Source: an uncultured Actinomycetota bacterium (GTDB taxonomy: Bacteria; Actinomycetota; Actinomycetes; Mycobacteriales; Jatrophihabitantaceae). From it: DNA of 64,000 bases. The notes under the pieces are model-generated. The model did not search any database. It worked only from the letters and a program-made list of their open reading frames with translations, and was not told the DNA's origin. How positions within the stretch are numbered: the first letter of the stretch is position 1; each line of letters starts with the position of its first letter. The stretch lies in the NCBI GenBank assembly GCA_963801715.1, contig CAWDGB010000009.1:106233-170232 (forward strand), given 5' to 3'. Positions 1 through 10,033 of the stretch are shown here, piece by piece. Position numbers and translations under genes: made by a program.

Positions 1-180
1 CGCGTCGGCGGCCAGCGCGATCTCGGCGATCGCCTGCGGCGCAACCGGGTCGGGGATGGTGGGCAGTCCGAGCACTGACATGTTGAACTGGACCGCGCTG
101 AGCCCATCGTTCCGGACGGCCCGCAAGGTCTGCTCGACGGTGGGCCGGTTGTAGGTCTTGGCAAAGATCCCGAGTTGCAT
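1..180 (-). CDS. sugar phosphate isomerase/epimerase (xylose-isomerase-like TIM barrel), N-terminal part, runs off window
   Basis: Own minus-strand translation from ATG 180-178: MQLGIFAKTYNRPTVEQTLRAVRNDGLSAVQFNMSVLGLP..., a typical N-terminus for this family. The start overlaps the TGA of the upstream gene (TGATG). Confidence 0.55.
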   Translation of the reverse strand, partial: MQLGIFAKTYNRPTVEQTLRAVRNDGLSAVQFNMSVLGLPTIPDPVAPQAIAEIALAADA

Positions 181-1257
181 CACAACCCCCCGGACACGTC
201 GGCGAGACGGACCCAGTCGCCGGACTCGACCGAACGGGCAAGAGCGACCATGGCGCGTACGCCGGCGACCCCGTCCGTGGCGGTGGCGCCGCGCAACGGC
301 TGGCCGGTGGTGGCGGCTGCCACGAGGTCCTCGACCTGCAGCCGGAACACGTCGGCGTCGGCGCCGATGGGCTGGTGGTACTGGTCGTCGCGGGTGGAGA
401 ACGCGCGGACTTCGGCGGCCTTGAAGATACCACGGGTTGTACAGCTGGCCGACGACGCTGCCCTCGCTGCCGTACACCTGGAAGCCTTCCCACCAGTCCA
501 TCCGGACCGCAACGGTCAGGTCGAGCTGGCCCAGGCACCCGTTTTCGAAGTCGACCTCGAGGAACCAGGCGAGGGTATCGGCCTTGGTCGAGAGCCGGGC
601 GCGGATCGCGCGGATCGCGCCGCCGAGGTAGCGCGCGGTGTCGAGCAGATGGCTGCCATGGCCGAGCACCAGATATCGCTGTCGGTCGGCCTTCGGGTTG
701 CCGGCCGGGCGACGTGCCGCGGCGCTGGATTCGATGACGGGCTGCAGGGTGTCGGTCATGCTGTAGCGGTAGGTCGAGTCGCAGTACCAGTGTTTGAGCC
801 CGATCAGCTCGCCGATCCGCTCGTGGATGAAATCACGCGCGTACGCGACGCCTGGGTCGTAGCGTTTCTCGTGCCCGACCAGCACCACCCGCTGGGCGCG
901 CTCCCCCGCGGCCAGCAGATCCTCGGCGTCCTCGATGGTGGTCGCCATGGGTTTTTCGACAAGCACGTGTTTGCCGGCTTCGAGCGCCCGAAGTGCCAGG
1001 GGTACATGGAACTGGTCGGCGACCGCGACGACGACGGCGTCGACGGCGTCGTCGGCGAGCATTTTGTCGTAGGCGGTATAGCCAACGGTGGGTTGATGGA
1101 TGGCGACCATGCGGTCCAGCAGGTCTTCGGCGGAGTCGCAGATCGCGTACAGCTGGGCGGTCTTGGCTTTGCGGCAGGCGACGAAGTGCCCGGCCTGAGC
1201 GATCTGGCCGCAGCCGAGGACTCCGATGTTGAACGAGGGTGCGTCGGTGCTGGTCAC
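180..1257 (-). pseudogene. Gfo/Idh/MocA family oxidoreductase, single frame break near 424-431
   Basis: From GTG at 1257: VTSTDAPSFNIGVLGCGQIAQAGHF...GKHVLVEKPMATT (Rossmann N-terminus), continuing to ...WWEGFQVYGSEGSVVGQLYNPWY. The C-terminus FKAAEVRAFSTRDDQYHQPIG...GDWVRLADV is in the frame of track ORF 180..512. Span is 1078 nt (1 mod 3). Confidence 0.75.
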
Positions 1258-1404
1258 GAGAGCGCTTTCTGGTTGAGTTGGAACATCGGTTGCGGTGCAG
1301 GCTGCTTGAGTGCCTCGGTTACTTGACGGTGTAGCTGGGTGATCGCGGTGCGGCGCGGATTGCCGCGTTTCACCCCGCGCCGGCGGGTTGTCAGATAGCG
1401 GTCG

Positions 1405-2604
1405 TTACGAGGTCGCTATCAAGTCGTCGTCGAGAAAGCGGTCTTCGTCGGCATGTGGGATCTGGAACAGCCGCTGGTAGATCAGCGCAGCTCCGCCGAT
1501 GGCGCTGGCGTAGCTGCCGAACTCGGAGGTGCGGATCTGCAGGTCGTCGGTCTGGGGGACTTGCTGGTCGCGCAGCTGTTCGAGCAAGCCGTCGGCCAAG
1601 TCGGGCACAGCCACTGGCAGCGGACCGCCGAGCACGATGCGGTCGACGTCGAACAGGTAGATCAGCGAGGCGACTCCCCGGGCCAGCCAGAACTTCCAGC
1701 GTTCGAGCGCGGCAGTCGCCACCGGTTCGCCGGCGATCGCGTGGTCGATCACCTCCTGGATGGACGCGGCTTCGCCGCCGAGCTCGCTGTCATAGCGCAG
1801 CAGCGCGGCCTCGCCCAGCATGGTTTCCAGGCAGCCGGTGCCGCCGCACTCGCAGCGCGGGCCTGCCGGGTCAACCCGCAGGTGGCCAGCTTCCCCAGCC
1901 CGTCCGTGGACGCCCACGTACAAGCCGCGGTTGACGATCAACCCGCAGCCGACGCCGGTGTCGAGCAGTATGTAGAGGAGCCGGCAAACGTCCGCGCTCC
2001 GGCCGAAGTACACCTCGGCCAGCGCCGCGGCGTTGGCGTCATTCTCCAGGGATACCGGGATCGACAACTCCCGTTCAAGCATGCTGGTCAGATCAACGTC
2101 ATGCCAGTGCAGCCGCGGCAACCACAACACGCTGCCATCGCGGTCGAGCATGCCCGGCACCGACACTCCGAGCCCCTGCACGTTCGCACTCGAACCCTTG
2201 ATGTCGGCCAGCACCTGCTTCACCAACCGCGCCAGCTGCTCGGCGATCTCGCCACTCGAATGCGCCGGGTCGATCGGCTGCCGGACGCGCGTCAGTTCCC
2301 GCGCGTCCAATCGCAAAGCCACAACGGCGATGTGGTCATTGCCCAGCTCTGCCCCGAGGAACGACGCGCCCACCGGGTTGAGCCGCAGCCCCAGACCGGG
2401 ACGCCCGCCGCGCGGATGCGCGACCGGGCCGCCATCCTCGACGACCAGGCCCCCGGCCAGCAGCGAGTTCGTCAGATCCGAGACGGTGGACTTAGTCAGC
2501 CCCAAACGACGCGCGAGCTGTGCCCTCGACAACCCCTTATGCCGGCGGAGGAGCTCCAGCGCACGCGTCTGATTGATGTGCCGTACCAACTGCGTGCTAG
2601 CCAT
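1405..2604 (-). CDS. ROK family transcriptional regulator
   Basis: Track ORF 1405..2793 trimmed to ATG 2604. It reads MASTQLVRHINQTRALELLRRHKGLSRAQLARRLGLTKSTVSDLT (wHTH), followed by a ROK sugar-kinase fold with a CECGGTGCLE zinc motif. Confidence 0.85.
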   Translation of the reverse strand: MASTQLVRHINQTRALELLRRHKGLSRAQLARRLGLTKSTVSDLTNSLLAGGLVVEDGGPVAHPRGGRPGLGLRLNPVGASFLGAELGNDHIAVVALRLDARELTRVRQPIDPAHSSGEIAEQLARLVKQVLADIKGSSANVQGLGVSVPGMLDRDGSVLWLPRLHWHDVDLTSMLERELSIPVSLENDANAAALAEVYFGRSADVCRLLYILLDTGVGCGLIVNRGLYVGVHGRAGEAGHLRVDPAGPRCECGGTGCLETMLGEAALLRYDSELGGEAASIQEVIDHAIAGEPVATAALERWKFWLARGVASLIYLFDVDRIVLGGPLPVAVPDLADGLLEQLRDQQVPQTDDLQIRTSEFGSYASAIGGAALIYQRLFQIPHADEDRFLDDDLIATS

Positions 2605-2859
2605 CGCTGCCCGACCTCTTCGTTCGTAGCCTTTCCGAACTAACGATGGAAAACAAGCACGGAGGGCGGGACCGTGCACCCTGCAGTGCAATCGCATGGC
2701 GACCAGCCAACGAGTGTGCCGTGCGGAAGCAGCGGGTGACCGGCGGGGCAGCGTTGGGCGGGATCTCCTCGACTGATCCGTGTGCTGAGTCAAGAACTTG
2801 GCAGGGTTTAGCTCGGCGTCGACGTGCTGGTCTCAGGTCGTTCGTGCGTGTGCCGGCGT

Positions 2860-3642
2860 TTAGTTGGCTTCGGCGCGTAGATACGTCTGTCGTGGGGTTT
2901 GGTCGCCGAGAGCTTGGTGGGAACGGATGGTGTTATAGATCTGTCGGAATCGCGCGACTTCCATCGCGAGGGCGTCGCCGTCGTCGATCGGGGCGCGGTA
3001 GAGGTGCTCGTATTTCAGGGTTTCGAATAACCGCTCGACGACTCCGTTGGTCTGCGGGGATCGGACCCTGGTCCGGACGTGACGCAGGAGGGGATCGGCA
3101 CCGTCGAACGCGGCCCGGAACGTGCTGCTGCGGTAGCACGATCCGTTGTCGGAGACCAGGGCGATCGGTGCCGGGGCCTGGCCGATGATCACGCCGGCCG
3201 CGTCGATGATGTCCATCACGCCCCGGTCCTCACGCAGGTCGGTGAGGTTGAGCAGGCGTTGCGCCTCATGCACGGCCAGGTCCACGCACCGCAGCGCGTC
3301 CACGCCGCGACAGGTTGTGGTGACGGTGGTCGCCAGGCAGTACTTGGTGACGTAGTCGATCACCGCGCTGATCCGCCAGATCCCGCCGGTCGGGGTCTCG
3401 AACTCGCTGAAGTCGGTTTGCCAGACCCGGTTGCGCTGGGTGGGTGGGTCGTGAAAGACGCGCCGACGAAGCACCGCCCACGATTTGCGGTCAGCCCGGT
3501 ACCCGCGCGGCAGCAGCAACCCCCGCCGGCGTAAGGCACGCTGCACGGTCGAGGTCGACACGGCGTGGCCGTCGGCGCGCATCATCGCCGCGACCTTGCG
3601 ATGCCCCCAAGCCGGCCAGTCAGCGGCATACTTCGCCGCCAA
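2860..3642 (-). CDS. IS3-family transposase orfB (integrase core / rve, DDE)
   Basis: The 260-aa ORF contains WQTDFSEF..., ALVSDNGSCYRS, and RSPQTNGVVERLFETLKYE. The frame stays open upstream (GPFEDLEALRAAEGTPVSRFAALAGIPERTYRRRL), as expected for an orfAB fusion by -1 frameshifting. Confidence 0.85.
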   Translation of the reverse strand: MAAKYAADWPAWGHRKVAAMMRADGHAVSTSTVQRALRRRGLLLPRGYRADRKSWAVLRRRVFHDPPTQRNRVWQTDFSEFETPTGGIWRISAVIDYVTKYCLATTVTTTCRGVDALRCVDLAVHEAQRLLNLTDLREDRGVMDIIDAAGVIIGQAPAPIALVSDNGSCYRSSTFRAAFDGADPLLRHVRTRVRSPQTNGVVERLFETLKYEHLYRAPIDDGDALAMEVARFRQIYNTIRSHQALGDQTPRQTYLRAEAN

Positions 3643-3788
3643 CGCTTCGATCGCGTCGACACGAGGCGCGGGCCAGGGCCCTTTGTCGACACCCTCGGCA
3701 CGCAGCCGAGCCAGCCGACGCCGATACGTGCGTTCCGGGATGCCGGCCAGCGCAGCGAACCTCGAAACCGGCGTTCCCTCCGCCGCTC

Positions 3789-4068
3789 TTAGGGCCTCGA
3801 GGTCTTCGAAGGGACCTCGTGAACATGCTCGGCCCCCAGCCGCCAGATCCGCAGCTGCACCGTCGCCTCGGCCAGCGCGAGCTTGAGCTGCTCGATCTCG
3901 GCTCGCTGTCTTCGCTCAGTCGAGTTAGCCGTTCCTACCGGCCGGGCCCGGCATAATGTTCTCCAGCCCAGCCTGCCCCGCCTCCAGGAACCGGTCCCGC
4001 CACTCCCCGACCGTCTTTCCCGTCGTGCCGTGTCGCCTCGCTGCCTCAGCAATCGTCAGCTCACGCAT
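3789..4068 (-). pseudogene. IS3-family transposase orfA (HTH + leucine zipper) with a frame break near 3930-3940
   Basis: ATG 4068 gives MRELTIAEAARRHGTTGKTVGEWRDRFLEAGQAGLENIMPGPAGRNG*. The zipper ERRQRAEIEQLKLALAEATVQLRIWRLGAEH is in the +1 frame (track ORF 3789..4052). Removing one A from AGGAACGG would join the two. Confidence 0.6.
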
Positions 4069-4121
4069 GAATGTATCCGGCCTGTTTCAGACGTCAAGCC
4101 CCAGGCCAAACGATCATCGAA

Positions 4122-4250
4122 TCACTTGCTGAAGAGGTAAGCCCGGATCTCGGCCCAGGGCCAGTTCTCGGGTAGTCGCAGGCGTTGCCGACGGCCGCTG
4201 CGCACGAGCCGGCCGGGCACGGTGAAAATCGCGCGGCGCAGGGTCGCGCA
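4122..4250 (-). pseudogene. C-terminal remnant of a second transposase (IS1380/IS4-like)
   Basis: The tail of track ORF 4122..4361 reads TLRRAIFTVPGRLVRSGRRQRLRLPENWPWAEIRAYLFSK*. This resembles the conserved ...RLVRxxRRxxLRLxxxWPW... C-terminus of IS1380-type transposases. No upstream body is present. Confidence 0.3.
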
Positions 4251-4432
4251 TTGGGTGTGACGCGCGGGTCCGCAAGGGAGTCGTACCAGATGGCTCTCCC
4301 GCGGCGAAATAAGAGCGGAACGACCGTAGGTCTTGCGTGTCGCTTGCGGAGTGGGCGACACTGTCCGGCGCGGCCCGGCTCGGCAAAGGAGCCGGTCACG
4401 GGGGGCCGACCAAACGTCATCACGAGCGGAGA

Positions 4433-4460
4433 CGCCCCGCCCGGTAGCCGGGGCGGGGCG
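4433..4460 (-). terminator. GC-rich hairpin downstream of the CDF transporter gene
   Basis: CGCCCCGCCCGG-tag-CCGGGGCGGGGCG forms an 11-bp stem with one bulge, about 90 nt after the stop at 4553. No U-tract, as is usual in actinobacteria. Confidence 0.4.
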
Positions 4461-4552
4461 CCATCGTTCTGCGTCGCCTCCCTCTCATCCCTCGGAAAGC
4501 TCGGCTCCCATCGGTAGGGCCCGGGTGGAAGCTTCGCCCGTTCCGACGTGGC

Positions 4553-5194
4553 TTAGTCGCAGCCGTCACCGCGCCACGATTCGGCGCCCTCGTTCACCGC
4601 GACGGCGGCGACGATCAGGGCGATGACCGGATCGGCCCACCACCAGCCGATCCAGGCGTTGAGCACCAGACCGAGTAGTACCGCGCCCGCAAGGTAGGCG
4701 CAGAGCAGGTTCTGCATGCCTTCGCCGGCGGTGGCTCCGGAATCGAGGCGTCGGCCGAGGCGTTGCTTGGCGATGCCCAGCGCGGGCATGAGCAACAGGC
4801 TCAACGTTGTGAGCACGATACCCAGGATTGACGGCTCAGGATGATCGCCGGCAACCAGCTTGTGGACCGCTGCTATTGCGACGTAGGGCGCCAGCAGCCA
4901 GAACGACACCGCCACGGCGCGTTGCGCCCTGCGCTCAGCCGTCTCCGAGGTCGCGCGTGAGCCGGTGAATCGCCAGATCACGATGACGCTGGCCATTCCC
5001 TCCACTGCGCTCGACAACGCCCAGCCGATCAGCGCGATGGAGCCCGCGGCTATCCCTGCGACGAGACCCGCGGCGCCCTCGATCGTCATCCAGACCAGAC
5101 TGAACCACGACAGGGCCACGACCTGGCGCGTCGTACGGTGCCATCCGGCATCGTGCACCGCTGCCGGCGACGCGCTCGCCAGCTCGAGCACCAT
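4553..5194 (-). CDS. cation diffusion facilitator (CDF) family cation efflux transporter, membrane domain only
   Basis: The 213-aa ORF has six hydrophobic segments. Motifs SWFSLVWMTIEGAAGLVAG and ALSSAVEGMASV are typical of CDF TM2/TM5 regions. Confidence 0.75.
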   Translation of the reverse strand: MVLELASASPAAVHDAGWHRTTRQVVALSWFSLVWMTIEGAAGLVAGIAAGSIALIGWALSSAVEGMASVIVIWRFTGSRATSETAERRAQRAVAVSFWLLAPYVAIAAVHKLVAGDHPEPSILGIVLTTLSLLLMPALGIAKQRLGRRLDSGATAGEGMQNLLCAYLAGAVLLGLVLNAWIGWWWADPVIALIVAAVAVNEGAESWRGDGCD

Positions 5195-5727
5195 GCGGCC
5201 GATGATACGGGGGCTGTGACGGCTTCAGGGTGACTCAAGTTCAGATCAGACTGCTTCAACCCTTGACGCAAGAGGCACCATCTCGTCGTCACCGAGCTGT
5301 CCGGCCTCGGCAGATCCATGGCATAACTCGCATCGAACAGACGTTCGGGCGGGCGCGACAAAGCAACGCGCATACATAGCCGCGCCCCCGCAGCAGAGGC
5401 ATTGATGACGACCACCAACGCCCGAGTTTGGCAACGTTCGCCTGTCCAGCCCATCGGGATCGCGGGCAAAACTCGGATTGCGACCTGTCTGAGCACCCCT
5501 CCCGCTCGGGCAGGCCGCCTGACCCGTCCCTCCCGTGCCGAACGGCGCCGGACCAGGCGACACAATTTCGACCTACCCCGTTATCGGTTGCACAAAACGC
5601 CAGCGACAACTACCTGCCAAGTGCCGTAGCCGGGAAGACTGGCGCGCGGTGCCGCAAGCAGTAATCGGTCAGGCATTGTGCAAGAGCGGGTTTGGTGACC
5701 TCAGGTCGGCAATGCGGAGCCGTGGCT

Positions 5728-8019
5728 TCACGTTCGGGTGGTTTCGAAAGTCGTGGTGAGCTCGGCGGTTGAGCTGCCGCCTACCCAGATGTCGAAGGTG
5801 GAGCCGTCGAGAACCCAGTTCCGAGCCGTCGTGCTCCAGTAGCGACGCTGGTCGGGACCAATCGTGAATTGCACGCGCTGTGAAGTGTGGGCCGGCAGGG
5901 TGACGCGCTGGAAGCCTTTGAGTTCACGCACGGGCCGGGAGGCGGAGCCGTAGCGTTGGCGGAGGTAAAGCTGCACGACTTCCGCGGCTGCTCGATCGGA
6001 CCTGTTGGTCACCTGTACCGATACGGTGACAGTTCCCTCGGCTGGGATCGACGGTTGATCGACGGCGAGATCGGAATAGCTGAACTGGCCATAGCTCAAG
6101 CCGTACCCGAAGGGGAATAGCGGTGTGCTGGGCTCGTCCCAGTAGCGTCGGGCTTGGTTGTCCGGCTCATGTGATCGGGTGTGCGAGTAGATGATGGGCA
6201 CCTGTCCGACGCTGCGCGGCCAGCTGAATGGCAACTTCCCGCCGGGTGAGACCTCGCCGAATAACAAGTTGGCTGCGGCGGCGCCACCCTGCGTTCCGGG
6301 ATACCAGATGTCGAGGATCGCCGGCACGTTCTCGGCGGCCCAGCACAGATCCAGCGGCCGCCCGTTCATGACCAGCAACACCGTCGGAGTGCCGGTTCCG
6401 ACGACGGCCTGCAGCAGCTCGAGCTGACGTCCGGGCAGCTCGAGCGACGACCGCGAGGCGGCCTCGCCGATCATGTTCTGCCATTCGCCGGCGACGACGA
6501 CCGCGACATCCGCGTCACTGGCAAGGTCCACGGCGCGGCGGAACTCGGCCTGCTCATCGAAGCCCGCGGGGTCCTGTGGCCGGTTGCCGCCGAACATGTC
6601 GAACATCGAAGGGAACACTCGCTGAACGACCCGGATGCCGGCGGCGTAGTCCACCTGTACCCGGTTCTCGACCTTCCGCCGTATGCCGTCGAGGATGGTC
6701 ACGGTCTCGTCCAGGTCGAAGTCGAACACCCAGGGACCCAGGGTGTCGCGGCGTGAGTCGGCGAGCGGTCCGATCACCGCGACAGACGTGAGGCTTTCGA
6801 CGTCGAGTGGCAACAGGTCGCCTTCGTTTCGCAGCAGAACGGCGGACCGTTCGGCAGCGACTCGGGCCACGTCGCGGTGCTCAGGATCGCCCAGCACCGC
6901 GCGGGCGTCGTCCTCGTCGACGTAGGGGTTGTCGAACAGCCCCAGCCGCAGCTTCGTCTCCAGGATCCGTCGCACAGCCGCATCCAGTGCGGCTTCGCTG
7001 ACGGCACCCGTTTGCAGCGCCTCGGGCAGGTGCGCAAACGCCGGATCGGATATCGCCATCTCCATGTCGACACCGGCGGAGATGGCTCGCGCGGCTGCGT
7101 CGGTCAAGTCGGCAGAAAATCCGTGCGTGACGAGATTGCGCACGGCGTTCGCGTCGCTGACCACGAATCCCGGAAAGCCCCACGCCTCACGTAGCACCTC
7201 GGTGAACAGCCACCGGGTTGCCGACGCCGGGACGCCGTTGAGGTCCATGTATGCGGTCATGACGTTGCCTGCCCCGGCCTCAACGGCGGCGTTGAAGGGC
7301 GGGAAGTAGGTGTTCCACAGCTGCGCGTCGGAGAGGTTGACCTCGTCGTAGTCGCGGCCGCCCAACGCGGCGCCGTAGCCGGCGAAGTGCTTGGGGCCGG
7401 CGATGATGCGGTCGCGCTGCCCGATGTCGGCGCCTTGGAAGCCGCGGACCTGCGCGACGGCGACCGCCGCGCCAAGGAACGGATCCTCGCCCGCGCCTTC
7501 GACGATGCGGCCCCACCGCGGGTCCCAGGCGATATCCACCATCGGGGCGAAGGCCCAATGGATGCCCACGGCGCGGGCTTCTCGTGCAGCGACCGCCTGA
7601 CCGCGTTCAATCGTCTCGAGGTCCCATGACGCTGCCATCGCGATCGGTACCGGAAAGATCGTGCGCAACCCGTGGATGACGTCGAAGCCAAACATCACCG
7701 GGATGCCGAGGTGATTACCGGCGAGCGTGAGCCGCTGTAGCCGGTTGGTCTCGGCCGGATCGGTCACGAACAGCAGGGATCCGACCTCGCCCCGCCCGAG
7801 CGCGTCCTCCACCATGCGCGGCTGCGCGTCCGAGTCGACCCCGAGCGCCGGCTCGGTCGTCGCCCCTGCCGGCAGGCGGAAGTAGAAGTACTGCGTCAAC
7901 TGCCCCGCCTTCTCCGCCGGGGTCATTCGGCTGATCAGCTCGTCGACCCGTGCCTGGATTCCGTCCACGCCGTCACCGTGCTCGATCTGTCGTGGGTCTG
8001 CCGGCGTTGCTTCACTCAC
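5728..8019 (-). CDS. glycoside hydrolase family 3 beta-glucosidase (BglX-like)
   Basis: 763 aa with MTPAEKAGQLTQ, GIHWAFAPMVDIAWDPRWGRIVEGAGEDP, FPGFVVSDANA and a C-terminal FnIII-like domain (ELKGFQRVTL). GTG start at 8019 is preceded by GGAGAG. Confidence 0.9.
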   Translation of the reverse strand: MSEATPADPRQIEHGDGVDGIQARVDELISRMTPAEKAGQLTQYFYFRLPAGATTEPALGVDSDAQPRMVEDALGRGEVGSLLFVTDPAETNRLQRLTLAGNHLGIPVMFGFDVIHGLRTIFPVPIAMAASWDLETIERGQAVAAREARAVGIHWAFAPMVDIAWDPRWGRIVEGAGEDPFLGAAVAVAQVRGFQGADIGQRDRIIAGPKHFAGYGAALGGRDYDEVNLSDAQLWNTYFPPFNAAVEAGAGNVMTAYMDLNGVPASATRWLFTEVLREAWGFPGFVVSDANAVRNLVTHGFSADLTDAAARAISAGVDMEMAISDPAFAHLPEALQTGAVSEAALDAAVRRILETKLRLGLFDNPYVDEDDARAVLGDPEHRDVARVAAERSAVLLRNEGDLLPLDVESLTSVAVIGPLADSRRDTLGPWVFDFDLDETVTILDGIRRKVENRVQVDYAAGIRVVQRVFPSMFDMFGGNRPQDPAGFDEQAEFRRAVDLASDADVAVVVAGEWQNMIGEAASRSSLELPGRQLELLQAVVGTGTPTVLLVMNGRPLDLCWAAENVPAILDIWYPGTQGGAAAANLLFGEVSPGGKLPFSWPRSVGQVPIIYSHTRSHEPDNQARRYWDEPSTPLFPFGYGLSYGQFSYSDLAVDQPSIPAEGTVTVSVQVTNRSDRAAAEVVQLYLRQRYGSASRPVRELKGFQRVTLPAHTSQRVQFTIGPDQRRYWSTTARNWVLDGSTFDIWVGGSSTAELTTTFETTRT

Positions 8020-8284
8020 ATGTCTCTCCGCTCTTGGTCCGGACGCTAGGTCTTACCGAGGGACGCGCCTACTCCCCACAGCAGCACACCCGCGAACGCT
8101 AGCGGGGTGGTATCGATGTCGTATGTCGCACCGTGAGGGCAGATGTTGGTCGTGATGGTGAGCGGCGAGCGCCGTCGACTCGATGCCACTCCAACCGTCG
8201 GGGTTCGCCGGTGAACACTATTCAGACGCTCCCTCGGGCACGATTAGCTTTCGACACGGCAGGCGCAGACAAGGAGCGTGGACG

Positions 8285-8737
8285 ATGAACGTGAACCTCG
8301 AAGTTGTCAGCATCCCGGTGTCCGACGTCGAGAGGGCGCTGGAGTTCTACCGCGACCGGCTGGGTTGGCGAGTCGACGCCGACATCAAAGGCGGCGGCGA
8401 CGTCCGCGTCGTGCAAATAACCCCGACTGGCGAGGGCCACACGTCGATCGCGTTCGGATCCGGCATCCCGATGGCTCCGCCCGGGTCGATGCGGCATCTG
8501 GAGCTGGTGACGTCCGACATCGTCGCCACCCGTGAGGAGCTGGCCGAGCGTGGCGTGAACGTGACCGAGGTCTACCACGGCCCGGGCAGCCCGTTCTTCC
8601 CCCAGGCGCGGATTCCCGGCCCCGACCCGAACCGCGCCAGCTACTCCTCATACGCCTCGTTCGAAGACCCGGACGGAAACGGCTGGACCCTGCAGGAGAT
8701 CACCACGCGCCTCCCAGGCCGTGAGCCTGGCACGTGA
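8285..8737 (+). CDS. VOC (glyoxalase/bleomycin-resistance/dioxygenase) family protein
   Basis: ATG 8285 gives MNVNLEVVSIPVSDVERALEFYRDRLGWRVDAD...FEDPDGNGWTLQE. AAGGAG lies upstream. Confidence 0.8.
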   Translation: MNVNLEVVSIPVSDVERALEFYRDRLGWRVDADIKGGGDVRVVQITPTGEGHTSIAFGSGIPMAPPGSMRHLELVTSDIVATREELAERGVNVTEVYHGPGSPFFPQARIPGPDPNRASYSSYASFEDPDGNGWTLQEITTRLPGREPGT

Positions 8738-8743
8738 CATGTG

Positions 8744-8779
8744 GGCGGGGCGACCGTCATGGCGACGCGTCGCCCCGCC
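8744..8779 (+). terminator. hairpin after the VOC gene
   Basis: GGCGGGGCGAC-N14-GTCGCCCCGCC, a perfect 11-bp stem starting 7 nt after the stop. Confidence 0.5.
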
Positions 8780-8846
8780 GGCACCGACGGTCGCATGACC
8801 GCGACCAAGCAGATCGCCGGCGAAGAACGGCGGCGAAAGGATCACG

Positions 8847-9690
8847 ATGTCTGAACTCCACTACGACACCCTTCTCCTTCGCCGAGAGGGAATGACGCGG
8901 GATGTGCCCGCCGGCGACAACGAGGACCTGCGTTGGGTCGCGAACTCCGCGACGTTGATCTATGCAGACCAGGAGGCCGTGCTGGTCGACACCTTCATGA
9001 CCATTGGCGAGAACCAGCGCCTCGTCGACTGGGTCAAGGCGCACGGCCGCAACCTGACACACATCTTCCTGACCCACGGCCACGGCGACCACGTCTACGG
9101 CGTTGGCCAACTGCTGGAGGCGTTCCCCGGCGCCCAGGCGGTGGCAACGGCGGGAACGGTGGCCGAGGCACGCCGCGAGGCGGGCGACGATTACCGCGAC
9201 GGACTCTTCGGCCGGCTGCTTCCCCGGACAGATCCCGCTGCCGGCGATTCCCACCGAACTCACCAGCGAAACGATTCGGCTCGAGGATCACGAACTACGC
9301 GTCATCGATACCGGTCACACCGACACGATGGCGACGAGTGTGTTGTGGTGCCCGAGCCTGCGGCTACTCGTGGCCGGCGACGTGGTCTACAACCGCACAC
9401 ACATGTACCTCGCCGAGACGAGCACCGCCTCGCGGCGAGAATGGATCGCAACTCTCACCAAGCTCAAGGACCTCGACCCGCTGCGCGTCATCGCGGGCCA
9501 CAAGCAACCCGACGGCACCGACGACCCGACCGACATCGACGAGTCGATCCAGTACCTGACCGACTTCAACGACGCCGAGACCCGGACCACGACCCCGACC
9601 GACCTGTACCGGGCAGTCCTGCAGGGGCATCCCCGACGCGCCAACCCCGGATCGCTCTGGGGCGCAGCCAAGATCGCCAAGGGCGCGTAG
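8847..9690 (+). pseudogene. MBL-fold metallo-hydrolase, frame break near 9214-9224
   Basis: The N-terminal part ...IFLTHGHGDHVYGVGQLL...GLFGRLL is in frame 8847. The C-terminal part FPGQIPLPAIPTEL...VIDTGHTDTMATSVLW...VAGDVVYNRTHMYL...IAGHKQPD is in frame 9103..9690. Span is 844 nt (1 mod 3). Confidence 0.75.
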
Positions 9691-9771
9691 CCAGGTAGCC
9701 TCGACCCGCACGCACGCGCAGCGTGTCCACGCCTTCTCATCCAGCCAGGGAGAGGCGGGCGGTACCGGTGA

Positions 9772-10012
9772 TCACGGCCCTTCAATTCTCGGCGCCTTGG
9801 GCAAAACGGCGGGCGGTCCTGCCTGGCTGCCACGGCGGAGTCGTCGGGGCGGACATGTTCGACGAACAGCAGCCGGCCGCCTGGCCGCAGCACCCGCGAT
9901 CTCGGTCAGCGCCGCGTCAGGGTCAGGGACGCTGCACAGCACGAACGTGACCACGCCCCTGACCTCTGGCAGACGTCCCGCGACCGTCGCGAGCGACGTC
10001 GCGGACCTGTGG
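9772..10012 (-). pseudogene. class I SAM-dependent methyltransferase remnant (C-terminal part only, frame-broken)
   Basis: It reads ...LPEVRGVVTFVLCSVPDPDAALTEIA then, one frame off, VLRPGGRLLFVEHVRPDDS. An in-frame TGA lies immediately upstream and no SAM-binding motif I is present. Confidence 0.45.
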
Positions 10013-10033
10013 GCTCAGCTTGGAGGGATACTT

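Larger units (their letters stand above)
2800..4130 (-). mobile_element. IS3-family insertion sequence (orfA/orfB); ends approximate
   Basis: HTH orfA plus leucine-zipper segment plus rve/DDE orfB in the -1 frame, about 1.3 kb. Terminal inverted repeats could not be fixed by eye. Confidence 0.6.

Noticed and set aside
175-1326. Long alternate-strand or alternate-frame ORFs throughout the track. Examples: 175..1326+, 1453..2643+, 13302..14441-, 14925..15809-, 34750..35910+, 43576..44448-, 50479..51510-, 53923..54765+, 55051..55977-, 57354..57965-.
   Set aside because: Their Arg/Pro/Gly/Ala-rich, low-complexity translations are typical of shadow ORFs in GC-rich DNA. Each overlaps a gene with clear family motifs in another frame or strand.
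2795-4170. Candidate terminal inverted repeats of the IS3 element (CAAGAACTTGGCAGGG near 2800 versus CCAGGGCCAGTTCTCG near 4151-4166; also a shared GTCAAG at both ends).
   Set aside because: Only about 11/16 bases match. The right-hand candidate lies inside the reading frame of the neighbouring transposase remnant, so chance similarity cannot be excluded. The element ends are left approximate.
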